From NCBI GenBank assembly GCA_012295275.1, contig CM022671.1, positions 2,480,001 through 2,544,000 on the forward strand: a DNA stretch of 64,000 nt, read 5' to 3'. The position numbers were made by a program, and so were the translations under genes. This document shows, one piece after another, positions 43,341 to 57,276 of the stretch. The notes under the pieces were generated by a model. The model worked only from the letters and a program-made list of their open reading frames with translations. It searched no databases and had not been told where the DNA came from. This stretch comes from Chrysomallon squamiferum. Lineage: Eukaryota > Animalia > Mollusca. Every line of letters starts with the position of its first letter. Within the stretch, counting starts at the first letter, position 1.

Positions 43341-44249
43341 CACTGCTGTCGGCTAACAGAACATACTGCTGGATTTCTGTTAAAAAAAAAAAAAGAGTTA
43401 ACTGACAGTAACATAGTTTAAAGAAAAGAAAGACAAAATTAATAAACTGTCTACTCACTAAAAAATCAACAAACAAGACTAATGTTCCTATTTTATTTTA
43501 GATTTTAAAAAACCCATTGGTTATTTTTTCTTAATCTTTTCTGGCAAATAGCCTAAAAAGCGCCAACATGTATATATGCATATATTTAAACAGTGATGAA
43601 TGTTATAATTTTAAACCTTTCTACATTCAGCTTCCGATTTTTTTATCATTCACTGCACCAAGTACAAGTCATACATGCCAAAATCTAAACACACAAAACA
43701 ATTTTTTTTTTTTAACAATTTCTACCATCACAATCATGCCAAGTACAAAAATACCCCGTATCTTTTAACCCCTTCTGGTTTTACAAATAGAGCGTCTTAA
43801 CATAGATAACTATTATTACAGTGCAGCTTATTTCTGTTGGGCAAAATCACGGCAATTTCGCACATGTAAGAAGGCCTATTTTCTATTTGGTTATAATGAG
43901 ATAAAGAGACGAGGCTGGCAGTTTGATGAGGTTCAAGAATTCGGTACTCATTCCACAGCGTTTGAGACTTCCACCAGAGATAACATAGAGAAAAAACACA
44001 CAGAAACTGTTAACGAGTCGATATACCTTCTACATATCTGTGTGTTCTGATCTGAGCGTACAAATCTGTTCTTTATACATCACAGTAATACTGCAACATA
44101 GACACGACTGGTTTACACATTAATCTTAACGTTGTAAAACACACATTATTTACACATCAAATACCGACAAACGGTAAAATGTAAACGTGTTTTTGTTTTC
44201 GTTTTCTTTCTCATATTAATCAAAGCAGAGTTAACCTATTAGTTTCATA

Positions 44250-44670
44250 ATAAAAACTGCATCACAAACGTTTTATTTATATACGTAAACACTTCAGCCC
44301 GTGATTTATATAACAAACTTTTTAACACAAATGTGTGATTTATATAATAAACACTGCAATTCAAACATAATCAAATATTAATATAACAAACATTACTGTT
44401 CCTAATTTATTAATAAACACTAACCCACAAATACTTTGTTTATATAATTAAAATTACATCCCTGATTTGTTAACAAACACTGAATCAAAAACGTTATTTA
44501 TATTAATAAACATTACAATCCCTGATTTATTAATAAGTACTGTATCACAAACATGTTATTTATATGATAAACATTACAAATCGTTATTTATTAATAAATG
44601 CTGTATCACAAACACGTTATTTATATAATAAATACTGTATCACGAATATATTATTTGCATACTAAACAAT
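44250..44670. repeat. Degenerate minisatellite (unit about 30 bp)
   Basis: Recurring ttatttatataataaacactg(t/c)atcacaaac motif. Confidence 0.7.
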
Positions 44671-44904
44671 ATGCATGAAAGTGATTAATACATTAAATGC
44701 AAGACAAAGGTGCGATTTATGCATTAATGTATATGAAATACGTAACATTGTGTTGATACTGTAAACATGTTAACATTAACCTCTTGTCTGTTTACTACTT
44801 CATAACAAGTTATATTCGTTATCTATATGTTAAACATTCTTAAACAAGCTTCGTAAAATATAACAGCCGTGCAATGTATGTGTCCAGAACAACACAAAAT
44901 CTGT

Positions 44905-45050
44905 ATTAATAATTTATATAACATAATAATGTTATAATAATACATTAATAATTTATATACCAAAATAATGTTATAATAATACATTAATAATTTATATACC
45001 ATAATAAAGTTATAATAATACATTAATAATTTATATAACATAATAATGCC
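44905..45050. repeat. 39-bp tandem repeat, about 3.7 copies
   Basis: attaataatttatata(a/c)cataataatgttataataatac repeated. Confidence 0.9.
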
Positions 45051-46669
45051 ATAATAATTATGAAATACTCTAATGTTAACATACGATTTACAGTTCAGCA
45101 GTATGTACCAACAAAAATTACATAATTCAAGAATTATAGCACAGCGCCATCTGTCGTGGAGGTGGACATAATCGTTAGTAAAGGGTGAATTATGATCTGA
45201 TAACCCGTGTCTGCGTGACGCCTAGCAGTGTTAACAGTATTAAGCCGTACAATTAAATCACAAAGATAATCAATATTAAATACCCTAACAGTCTGAACAC
45301 AGATGAAGAGAACGAACGTTTGTATGTGTGCGTGTATGTTAATGCTGTTTACCTCTTTGCGTTTGCATGGATATCATTGAAGATGACATTAGACGAAGAA
45401 GAAGACGAAGAAGAAGAAGAAGAAGACTAAGACGAAGAAGAAGAAGGAAGAAGAGGAGAAGTAGATCATACAACATGTGGCATTAAAATGTTATATTATC
45501 CGTTATACATGCCAGTATATAACATCACAATATAAAACAATTTTTCAGTATCTTTGACAAAAAATGTGTCGCACCTTTCTAGTTTATTTACATTAAAGTA
45601 ACACACAAAATAATAAACAAAATAAAAATTATTATAAAATAATCGGCTGGATAAATATTGCTGTATAGTATTAAACAGTAACATGCACTATCAAACAATA
45701 TCAACAGTATTAACAATATTAGCCACAGTCAGAAAAATTTCATTTAATAATTATATAACAACAGACACAGCTACGTATAATATGTAATAAAATACATCGT
45801 AATAAAACCAGTTTGTTTAATAAATTGTCCTATTACAATAATATTTACTTTATTCATCCATTTTTTAGTAACAGTCACGACTATCTATTTGCAAGTAAGA
45901 GAATAACAAAACGTTGTTTTTATTTCTTTGTTAGCATGGAATTATACAAAATATCTCGAGTTTTAAAACCTAAACAAAAAATTATTTGCTACATTTAGGT
46001 TTTACAACTCCTTGGTTTTATGCCAAATGATGTTCCCAACTCGAAAAAAAAATCTTTTTGCTGTTGGCATTTTGCCCGAATATTTGCTAATGCCTGGGAG
46101 ATGTAACACGGATGTCAAAATGACGGGAAGAGCATGGAAATAACGTTTTAATTATTTAGTTGGTAATTCGACTAGCTCATGTGATAATTTCGTAAAGCCA
46201 CAAGCAAGCGATTTGCAGGACATGACAATACTGACTGCAGTGTTAGTATCACACACGTTATGTACCAAATCTCATTTAAAATTATAATAATAATAATATA
46301 AAATTAAAAAAAAAAAAGTATAAACAGTTCTTTCGTTCTTAAACTCATACACTTTGGAATATTTATTATTTCATTACGAGGTTGTCTCAGCAACAAAACT
46401 AAAACTTCCTGTTTATGGAGAGCTGAATACTAATCTGCAGTCGTATTTGTATGTAAAAGATTGATATCTTTTTTTTTTTTTTTTTTTTTTTTCAAAAGTC
46501 GTGGAAATACATACGTCTATAGAAAATAACATACAATGGCCTTTGATAGCTTAGTCGCCCGGCAGCAGGTGGAATGGGAAATTATCCTTAAGAAGGACTG
46601 AACCTGACACTAATGATACCTTCTGATCGTCCTTTTCATTTGTCATATAACTAATTTCTTTTTCTTTTC

Positions 46670-46670
<1 letters not shown>

Positions 46671-46736
<66 letters not shown>
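46671..46736. repeat. (TTA)n microsatellite
   Basis: Seen directly. Confidence 0.95.
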
Positions 46737-46737
<1 letters not shown>

Positions 46738-47110
46738 ATATATGCACTAAAGATTTCGGTAGTTTACACAAGCACTTCTCATGTCCGGTCTTAAAAACAT
46801 CAGTGGATATTTCTGCATCCCTAATAATGTTTTGTATTATCTCTGACTTCTCTCTACGAAATATTTCTTATCTCACATCCTTCTATTAGCACAAGATATA
46901 ATTATTTAATACCCAGTGGCGGCAAGCTACAAACAAAATGTCAGTTTGTTTACATGTAATGTCAACTCAGCTAAACCTTATAAGCGATATAATAATAATA
47001 TTTATCTAACAGCCTATTTAATTTTTTATTTAACAGCCGAATGCCATATGCTGTGGAAAATAATTATCACTAGTGCTCTACCTTCACATCTATGTCTACT
47101 ATTATTTATT

Positions 47111-48500
47111 ACTTCTACCTCTACCGTTACTATTACCTTCACTTCTTCCTCTACTGTTACTATTACCTTCACTTCTAATTGTACTGCTACTATTACCTTC
47201 ACTTCTAACTCTGCCGTTACTGATATCTTCATTTCTGCCTCTACTGTTACTATTACCTTCACTTCTAACTGTACTGTTACTATTACCTTCACTTCTAATT
47301 GTACTGTTACTATTACCTTCACTTCTAATTGTACTGTTACTATTACCTTCACTTCTAATTGTACTGTTACTATTACCTTCACTTCTATCTCTACTGTTAC
47401 TATTACCTTCACTTCCATCTCTACTGTTACTATTATCTTCACTTCTATCTCTATTATTACTATTGCCTTCACTTCTATCTCTACTGCTGCTTTTACCTTC
47501 ACTTCTAACTCTGCCGCTAACTGATATATTCATTTCTGCCTCTACTTTTACTATTACATTCACTTCTGCCTCTACTGTTACTATTACCTTCATTTCTGCC
47601 TCTACTGCTACTATTACGTTCACTTCTGCCTCTACTGTTACTATTACCTTCATTTCTGCCTCTACTGTTACTATTACCTTCATTTCTGCCTCTACTTTTA
47701 CTATTACATTCACTTCTGCCTCTACTGTTACTATTACCTTCATTTCTGCCTCTACTGCTACTATTACGTTCACTTCTAACTGTACTGTTACTATTACCTT
47801 CACTTCTGCTTCTACCTTTAGTATTACCTTCACTTCTGCCTCTACTGCTACTATTACCTTCATTTCTGCCTCTACTGCTACTATTACCTTCATTTCTGCC
47901 TCTACTGTTACTATTACCTTCACATCTGCCTCTACTGTTACTATTTCCTTCATTTCTGCCTATACTGCTACTATTACCTTCACTTCTAACTGTACTGTTA
48001 CTATTACCTTCATTTCTGCCTCTACTTTTACTATTACCTTCACTTCTATCTCTACTGTTACTATTACCTTCACTTCTGCCTCTATTATTACTATTACCTT
48101 CACTTCTGCCTCTACTTTTATTATTACCTTCATTTCTGCCTATACTGCTACTATTACTTTCACTTCTAACTGTACTGTTACTATTACCTTCATTTCTGCC
48201 TCTACTTTTACTATTACCTTCACTTCTATCTCTACTGTTACTATTACCTTCACTTCTGCCTTTATTATTACTATTACCTTCACTTCTGCCTCTACTTTTA
48301 TTATTACCTTCACTTCTGCCTCTACTGTTACTATTACCTTCACTTCTAACTGTACTGTTACTATTACCTTCACTTCTAACTGTACTGTTACTATTAACTT
48401 CACTTCTGCCTCTACTTTTACTATTACCTTCACTTCTGCCTCTACTGCTACTATTACCTTAATTTCTGTCTCTACTGTTACTATTACCTTCACTTCTATT
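47111..48500. repeat. 30-bp minisatellite, about 46 copies, with higher-order blocks
   Basis: Consensus tctactgttactattaccttcacttctgcc. The 180-bp block 47941-48120 is nearly duplicated at 48121-48300. Confidence 0.97.
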
Positions 48501-48789
48501 ATTATCTTAATTTCTACCTTTAATCTGACTATTACTTTAATCTGACTTCTGTCTCTGCTCCTACTATTATCTTCACTTCTACATTTACTGTTACTAAACA
48601 CGAATATTGATGTTACTATCAACTGTTGGGATCATCTTAGCTATTACCAAATTTTTATCTATATTTGAAACATAAAATGAACAAATAAAATTACTAATCA
48701 TTATAAACCCGCAAACAGTATCAGCTGCTAGTGTTACAGTGTGATTATACATAATGAATGAAGGAACGAAGGAACGGAGATATGAGTGG

Positions 48790-49005
48790 ATGACAGAATG
48801 AACGAGTCGTTGTTTAAGACATCTCAACACATTTATATTTACAAATTATGATTTTGTTAATAACGATGTAAAATGCCGCCATTCAAAAGTTATTAAATTA
48901 GCAACAAGGAATCTTTTATTATACATACCTTCCCTTAGGCAAAGAAAGGTCATGTTACGACTTTAATAAGCCAATCGTGTCCTATTGCTGGAACGGGATA
49001 AACCT
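48790..49005 (-). mobile_element. Decayed SINE-like interspersed repeat (reverse copy)
   Basis: aattagcaacaaggaatcttttat is the reverse complement of the core at about 61445-61470. The flank ends in a GAAG/GAAT-type tail. Confidence 0.6.
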
Positions 49006-49389
49006 TAACAGCAGGCTTATAATGTCTGATAGTGATACCGATTTCGAAAGATGGAATAAATAGATATATGACGAGCAAATATTCATTTAAATATTGCACT
49101 GCCTCAGAAACTAATATAACCTAATGTAACATAAATAAAATTATATTTGACAATTGGATTGGCAAATTTGCAAAGAGAATGTGCGATAGAATAAACTCAT
49201 GCACGTTTAAATCAATTTATGTATTAATTTTTAATACGCGCATTAATGGAGAAGGAAATGTAGAATAAATAAAAGCTTCAATAAATCAGTCATTTTAATC
49301 GACCGCGAGAAGATTCAAGTGCATCCGTCTGGAACATATAACCCAAAAGTCTTGACTGTTTGCCTACTGATTATTTGTGTTAGTCATTG

Positions 49390-49980
49390 TGCGTTTATTT
49401 ATATATGTCATTTCAGTGTTATAACTCTATTTGTGTTAGAGCATCTTCTCTACCTAATGTTTCATTTATATATGTAAATTCTGTTGTATAACTGTACTTG
49501 TGTTTGTGTGTATTCCATATCCTGAGTTTTGATTTAAACTTGAACATTCAAAAGATACAGGGTATTTGTATGACTCTATGTACTCTACCTAATGTTTTGA
49601 TTTATATATATAAATTATTATTTTTTAACTGAACTAGTGTGAAACTTGTAAATTCAAGCTGTATTTGTATTAATGTATGTTCTCTCTCTTGTGTTTTGAT
49701 TTATATATGAAATTTTAATGTTATAACTATAATTTGTGCTACTGTGTATTCTATCGACTTACTGTAAATTCATTGTTATAACCACTTTTTTTATGTTTAT
49801 TCTGTCTCCTGCGTTTTGATTTTATACATGTAAATTCAGTGTTGAAACTGTGTTTGTGTTAGTATATGCTCTATCTCAAGTTTTTTGAGTTATACATGTA
49901 AATTCAGTCTTGCAACTGTATGTGAGTTAGTGTATGTTCAGTCTCCCGTGTTTTTAGTTATACCTGTTATAACAGTATTT
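49390..49980. repeat. Degenerate minisatellite (unit about 60-65 bp)
   Basis: Recurring ttttgatttatatatgtaaattcagtgttataactgtatttgtgttagt motif, with related fragments at 51360-51860. Confidence 0.75.
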
Positions 49981-50507
49981 TTTAGATGACTAGAAAAGAC
50001 AACCCGGGTTTTAGAGGACTTAGAGTTACCCCTTTATTAGTTACTGAAAGAAACTAACACCTGCGCGCAGATCTTTCTAGTTCTAAACTCGAACCAGATG
50101 CAGGACTAAGGCAATACACTGTTTTGTCAGAGCAAACCTGTTTTCGAGAGTAATCCTGTTTATTACAAGTTGTAATTATACTGATTATCACTGATGCTGG
50201 AAGCGATGATCTCTGTAGGAGAGAGATCAAATAGCGTCTGTCATTGCTGTGGGCCTCATTCTGAAAATAAACCTGTCAAAGTGTGATGGAAATGGCAAAA
50301 CGTTCCACTCAGTTATCGTCGCATGCACCAGTCCTGATAGAAGCTATTTCCAGTACAAATACGTGTGAGTGTTTCCAAATATAGAACTGTCCGGCAGCGG
50401 TTTGGTGCATCGGAAACATAACTGTTAATTAGACAGTGAGATCGAGAAAGAAGAAAATGAAAGAAAAAATGAAGACAAACATAGTGATGAACACTGACGT
50501 GTGTGTG

Positions 50508-50551
<44 letters not shown>

Positions 50552-50881
50552 GATACATACAGATATACAAACATACACACACATATATATATACATACAT
50601 ACATACATATCCTAACAAAAACAGCCAGTCAAAGACACACCAAGACATTCTGAAACACATATACACACATACGAGCACTTGTGTGTTGATTCCAATAATT
50701 TTGATATAGACAGGTTTATTGGAGGTCTAATCTTTGTAATAGGCACAAATACGTTCTTTATTATTTTATTTGTACCGTATTTTCTAGACGGTCCTTTGCA
50801 GAGCAAACATCAAGGCCATCTCGGCGATATCTGTGGTTGAGTCGTAAATACATCTACTGACACCAAAACTGTGGAAATAAT

Positions 50882-50995
50882 CAGTGGCGGATCTAGTATT
50901 TTTGAAAAGCGAAGAGGTGGTTCATTATTATGATTTATATAACTATCAGCTTCAGAAATAAATTAATTAATTAATTAAAATTAATTAATTAATTA

Positions 50996-51036
<41 letters not shown>

Positions 51037-51091
51037 GTTTGGCAACATAATGGGGGTGGTTATGGACGCATTTCCTGGGATCCACGCACGG
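50882..51091. mobile_element. Possible decayed MITE
   Basis: Imperfect terminal inverted repeats cagtggcggatct ... ggatccacgcacgg around an AT-rich interior. A related end (agggcggaccca) occurs near 52644. Confidence 0.35.
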
Positions 51092-54000
51092 TAAGCGAAG
51101 TTCAGACACTTACTATCTTCTTTATGGTGCTCATACACAAGTCTCTCATTGAGGTCTCTGTGTCGCTCTTATCGCCAACAACCGATAAGAGAAGGAAATT
51201 GCACTTTATGTCTCCTCGTAAAAAAATAGTTTCTTAGTGCTTCTGGCTTTTTGTCTTTTATTACTCTTTCTTCATCCCGCCAGAGAATTTGTGTTAGCGT
51301 GCATTCTGTCTCTTGCGTTTGTATGTGTTGTGTATATGTTGTAATGTTATGCTGTAACACTACATGTATTCCTGTAAATTCGTGTAAATTCAGTGTTACA
51401 GCTGTATTAGCATGAATTCTGTTTGTAGTTACTCTGCTGCAGCTGTATTTGTGTTATGTCTCATGTTATGTTTATTAGTTGTTTATATTAGTTGTAACTA
51501 CACCCTTAAAACCATATTTTTTATCTTTTGTGTTACTATTTACACTGTATAAGTAATTACAATTTGAACATTTTTTGTTTGTTTAGCTTTATTGTGTGCG
51601 TGTGTGAGTGTTCATCTTCAGAGTTTTTTACCCTCTTTTGGGGGGGGGGTTGTTGTTTCTGTTGTCCTTTTGTTTGTTTTGTTTAAAATATTTTATCAGT
51701 CTGTTATAATTGTATATCTGCTATTCTAAATTAGATCTCTTTTATCATAATTGCATTTGTATTAGTTTAAATTCTGTACATTCCCGATTGTATTTATATC
51801 TATGTAAATATCTTTCTATTCATCTAAAATTCGTGTTACAAATTTTCTTTTGTTAGTATTTATGCAAGTTAACTGGAATTCAAAGATATGACCGAGAATC
51901 TCTGGGATGGGTAAACGTAAGTCGCAGTAGGTTACTAAACCTAAATTCAGATATCTGACAGTCATCGAAATGGATAACGTAATTTGCAGTACGTTACCAA
52001 CCTAAAAATAAATAAGGTGTAATTAGCAATTAACGATCGACATAAGGCCGAATTATTTCAAGAGAAACCATTCAAGACACTCTTGTGTTTCTCGTTGTTA
52101 GATGCTTCTCGCATCTTATACAAGCATGAGAAGCTCATAATTTGATAATATCAGTTGCATTACAAGGTCTAGAAATAATAAGCTACAGCTGGATTACCTA
52201 AGTTTCAGTACGTTAAACGGTTCAGAGATAACAATCTAAATATATTATTGTGTTACAGAGTAATTTTCAAAAAGAAAGCAAGCATAAATTATTTAGATAA
52301 CCTCCTTCTACACCTGCAGTAGATCGTTTGCATCCATATTATCACGCAGACTTTTTAACAGATTACTGGTCTTGAAAACTGAACTCATGGGATTCGACGT
52401 CATGCGCAAAATAGAAAAACGACGCCCACATGTACGCATGTTACGTCTGCGTTTGCCAAGACTATACTGATAAGGTAAACGCATGTCAAAAAACATATCT
52501 GTCAGAGGGGGAGTGATAACCAAAATGGGAAGAGAGAAACAGAAAATAAATTAAACAGATTAGTCGTAACATCATCCCAACAAAAAATCATGTTTAATCA
52601 TTTATCTAGCTGAAGAACAGAGTCGGATCCTTGCAGTTGACTAAGGGCGGACCCAAGGTTGTATAAAGAGGGGTGAACGTGTATAAAGAGGGGTGAACGT
52701 GACAAAAGAATGACTATAAAACACAACTTTGCATTTGGAAAAGACAAAGGAAGATAACTAAAAAAAAAAAAAAAAAATTAACATTGCTGTTTTAATTTAA
52801 TATGAAGGTAATGTCACGCAGTTTTTAAGTAATATAATGGTTGCATATATTTAAAAAAACAAAATAATTCCAATCAAATATTTATATAAATTTATGACGT
52901 AGGGAAACAGAAAAATTCTAATCCATTGTTTGACATCATCTTTTAAAAACAAAATAATTTGACAACAGTAAGAACGGTCATTTAAATTCCAGACGTCGAG
53001 GTGTAAGCATGTCTGTCACAAACAACTGCCGCTGAAATCCTAAATCATATCTACATGTTGTTAAAGATTATCAAATTGTTATTAGGGAGAAAACACTATT
53101 TAAGACATTTTATTGTTTGAATAATGGAACACTTACAAATTTCGTCAGTTACTTGCGTAAATCGTTACGGAAAGTGAAACAGAAAAATAAGCGATCAAAG
53201 GGACAACTTTCAGATGTATGTCCACTCAGAACGAAGCACCACTGGCGACGGACCTGGAATGTGGAAACAAAGAAGAAAGCTAGAGGCATAAATGATATGC
53301 TCATCCCATTTTCGCCATGACAACCAGAATGGATCAACGACAGGTCGCGCGCTAAACAATCTTCCTAACAACCAGCCTTGAACTTACGTAAACAGACAGA
53401 TGTAAAGAGAAAGGGGGAAGAGGGAGCGTGATAGAGAAAGAAAGAGAGATGCATACATACATGATACCTACATAAATACACTCACACATACACACGCACA
53501 CACACACACACATATATAAACAAAAAAAAAGCAAAAGACAAATAAACAAACGGACGTACATACACGCAAGTACAAATAGAAACCTGTAATGTACAAAATA
53601 CGCAAACACTTAAATATACCCAGAGACACAAACGTACATATATGTGCAGAAAAACATATACGCATAAAACAAATATACAAACAAGCACAAACACACAAAC
53701 CCATGTACAGATGATATACATGTATTCACGAACATGGGTACACATATACATAATCATACATGCAGATATTAATGTGCATACATACATACTGACAAACTAT
53801 ACATTAAATTACACGTACATAAGCACAAACTCACTATTACATACATATACAGTACAGACGCACACTCACACAAGTAGAAACACATAAAAATGTTAAATAA
53901 AGGTATGTAAATATACGTAGACAGACACCTATAAAAACCATACGCCCGCGCACACACACACGCACATAGACTCTCCTTTCTTAACGCAATCGGATATTTT

Positions 54001-54137
54001 ATGTTTTTCACTTGATCCAGTTACACATCTAAAATGTCATATAATCCACTACTAATTTTAATTTTCATTTGATCCAACCGTATTTTAATCCGTATTTCTG
54101 TCCTCCTTTTCTTACAGTAGTTATAGCAGTGGCAAAT

Positions 54138-54181
<44 letters not shown>

Positions 54182-54252
54182 TAGTTGTAGCAGTAGTACA
54201 TGATAATAATAATAATAAAAAGATGCTGGCAATAAAGATTTTTTGTGGTATG

Positions 54253-54310
<58 letters not shown>
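54138..54310. repeat. (AGC)n(AGT)n and (AAT)n microsatellites
   Basis: Seen directly. Confidence 0.9.
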
Positions 54311-54313
<3 letters not shown>

Positions 54314-54930
54314 CTGGAAAATTAATCTAGCCTTAATCAAATTTGTAATAATCAAAATTATTAGCAGTGCACACGTCAATGTTAAATTTTAAAAATAACA
54401 TTAGAAATTACCATTCAGTATTAAACACACCAAAAAAAGTATAAACAGATATCACTTTTTAATTTTTATAAAAGTAATTATCGTTTAGTTCTTCGAAGGT
54501 TAGTATTCACTACTCTAAATAAATTTGTACATTTGAACAATGAATATTCAATATTCAATACGTATTTAATATGTATAATAGCACCAGATACAGGTAGCTA
54601 AGCCTAATTAATCCACGTATGTAATACTTGATATAATATCGACATTTACCACATCATTATGTTGCCCGTATCTTCCAAAAGACGTCAGATTAGTTTAATA
54701 TCTCTCCGTCAATCAGTGCGCCATATATAACCAAGAATTCAATAGACTGATAAAGTCTGCTAGCTTTTGTCTCAGTCACTGAATATTCAAATCCATTTAG
54801 CAATTAGAGTTTTGCATTGTCTGTGTATCTGTTATCGATACATTAAAAAAAAAACGAAACCGCACTAAACGCAATATAATTAGCCATTATCATTTATGTA
54901 CCTACATTTTTTCATTTTTTTTTCTTTCTT

Positions 54931-54959
54931 TTCTTCTTCTTCTTCTTCTTCTTCTTCTT

Positions 54960-54990
<31 letters not shown>

Positions 54991-55015
54991 TTATTATTAT
55001 TATTATTATTATTAT
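54931..55015. repeat. Compound (TTC)n(TTA)n microsatellite
   Basis: Seen directly. Confidence 0.95.
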
Positions 55016-56276
55016 TTTAATCTTACAAAAACGGAAATATCTGATTACATACATACATGTGTAACTATGGCAACCATAAACGAATTTAAAAAAAATAATA
55101 ATAATAAAAAATAAAAAGCGACTTTAAAAATCTATAGTAAACACTATTATTTCGGTTAAGCTTTGCAGGTCAGTCGAAAATCGTTTAATTTTTTTAAGGA
55201 ATAAATCGTTGGAATATGATGTGCACAGTCTAATCCCAGCAGATCACTGAAGTTATTAAAGTATAAAATAAACTAATTGATAGTATTACTCACAAAACTG
55301 TATATGAGTAACGTTAAATATGACAGACATGGGCTTGGCCATTTTGGCAGCGATGGAGCTTATCAACATCTCTGTGCTTCGTATGCATTTCCTATTTGTT
55401 CATAGTTGTATCTCTTAGCTCTTCTTATAGTTAAGCAATAAATCATTTTTAAAAGACTGTGAAATAATACCTGGGTACAATTTGAAATTAATGATTTTTA
55501 GCGTGTTAAGCATACGCTCGACCAGTGAGTGTAATCCCTTTAATTATAAAATACCTTCTAAAGATGAAAAGGAAATTCGATTAATCAGTATATTTTTAAG
55601 AGCTAATCAAAAACGTTACATTGTGTTATATTCAGTTTACAGTATTTTCCAGATGACAATGACAGTTTAATTATTTAAAAATAAAAATAAACGATTAATG
55701 ACAGTATAACATAATTCTAGCCACACATCAGATTCACTATTGAAATAATATTACAACAATGAAAGTTCAGAAATAATCAATTTGAGATAACAGGAATAAT
55801 TACCAGAAATAATAATAAAAAAATAACCATGTTGTGACACATGAAACGATAAGAAGAAAAAAAACCATCCAGTGAAAATTAATAAAAAAACAAGTCTATT
55901 GTGATGTCATCAAAATAATTACAGAATTTAAAAACAGAATCGATAATAAAAATAAATACGTAGTGATATTATCAAAATAAATACCAGAACTAATTTTAAG
56001 TGTAATAAATTTTTGATGACATCGGAATGACAGCCTCAGGATGGCTGTAGAAAATAGCATACAATTATTGTCAATTCTGGCAAAAAACGTATTTTTTCCA
56101 GTCAGACTACAAAATACAGAAAACGTGTAACACTGTTATTTTAACAGCGTTGCTGTGCCCTAACGAAAACAGTTTTAAAACACAGGTCTCTTGATAAATA
56201 TATCTGTTTCGATGAAAGTGTGTATTTAGTTATCTGTTGCATGTTCTGATGCCTAGCTGGAAGGGTAAAAGTATGC

Positions 56277-56445
56277 ATGTATGTATGTATGTATGTATGT
56301 ATGTATGTATGTATGTATGTATGTATGTATGTATGTATGTATGTATGTATGTATGTATGTATGTATTATGAATGTATGTATCTATGTATGTATGTATGTA
56401 TGTATGTATGTATCTATGTATGTATGTATGTATGTATGTATGCAT
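56277..56445. repeat. (ATGT)n tetranucleotide microsatellite
   Basis: Seen directly. Confidence 0.97.
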
Positions 56446-57203
56446 GTGTGTCTGTGTGTGTGTATTACGTATGTATTTAGGAATGTTTGTATATGTATGA
56501 ATGCATACTGAAGACACTATAATTTGTAAATGATGCTAAGGATGTTAAATGTTTTCTTTGTCTTTTAATTCTCAGTCATTTCCAGTTCAATAGTGGAGAT
56601 TTCCTCATTGATTTTTATGTCACCTCATTCAGGCGACACAGACGTTCGCAAATTGACTCTTATTAGACAAAGCTGAAACTTGAATGACACTGTGTATGAA
56701 ACCTACCATTCAATCACATTTATATTTAAAAGTGCATTCTGCGGTCAAGGTGCCAGAAAATTGCAGAGTTCTGTCCAGTGCTGTTCTATAATGATAAGGA
56801 ACCGATGGTTATCTACTGGACTATCAGACTTCAGTGATTATGAGTATTTCATTTTGTCAAATTGTGGTGATGGCTTTCCAATAAAAGGCGAGATAAAATG
56901 ATTAAAAATAGAATTCCTCTTTAACGAGTAATTTTGAGACGAAGAAATCTTCAGTAATTTTTCTGATGTCTTCTTATTGCCAGACATTCAGTCTACATTG
57001 TTTTGTTTATTAGAATCCATGTACACTAAATTGTAGTTGCCAGACAAATTAGTTGATCGAGAAACATTAGGAGAGTTCCGAGAAGGGAAATAATTCTGAG
57101 AAAAATATGTGAAATGATTTTGGTGAAATGTTCTTGAAATTACTTTGAATTAAGTAAGGCTGAACAGTGGCTGAATACTAAATATGTTGGATAACTTATT
57201 TAA

Positions 57204-57210
<7 letters not shown>

Positions 57211-57273
<63 letters not shown>
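57211..57273. repeat. (AG)n microsatellite
   Basis: Seen directly. Confidence 0.95.
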
Positions 57274-57274
<1 letters not shown>

Positions 57275-57276
57275 GA

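Noticed and set aside
47026-48622. Minus-strand EVKVIVTV and plus-strand poly-Leu ORFs in the 30-bp array; CRISPR-like periodicity
   Set aside because: By-products of a stop-poor tandem unit. There are no unique spacers or cas genes and the context is eukaryotic.
52661-52700. Perfect 20-bp tandem duplication containing TATAAA
   Set aside because: It lies within a probable MITE end; no supporting transcript structure.
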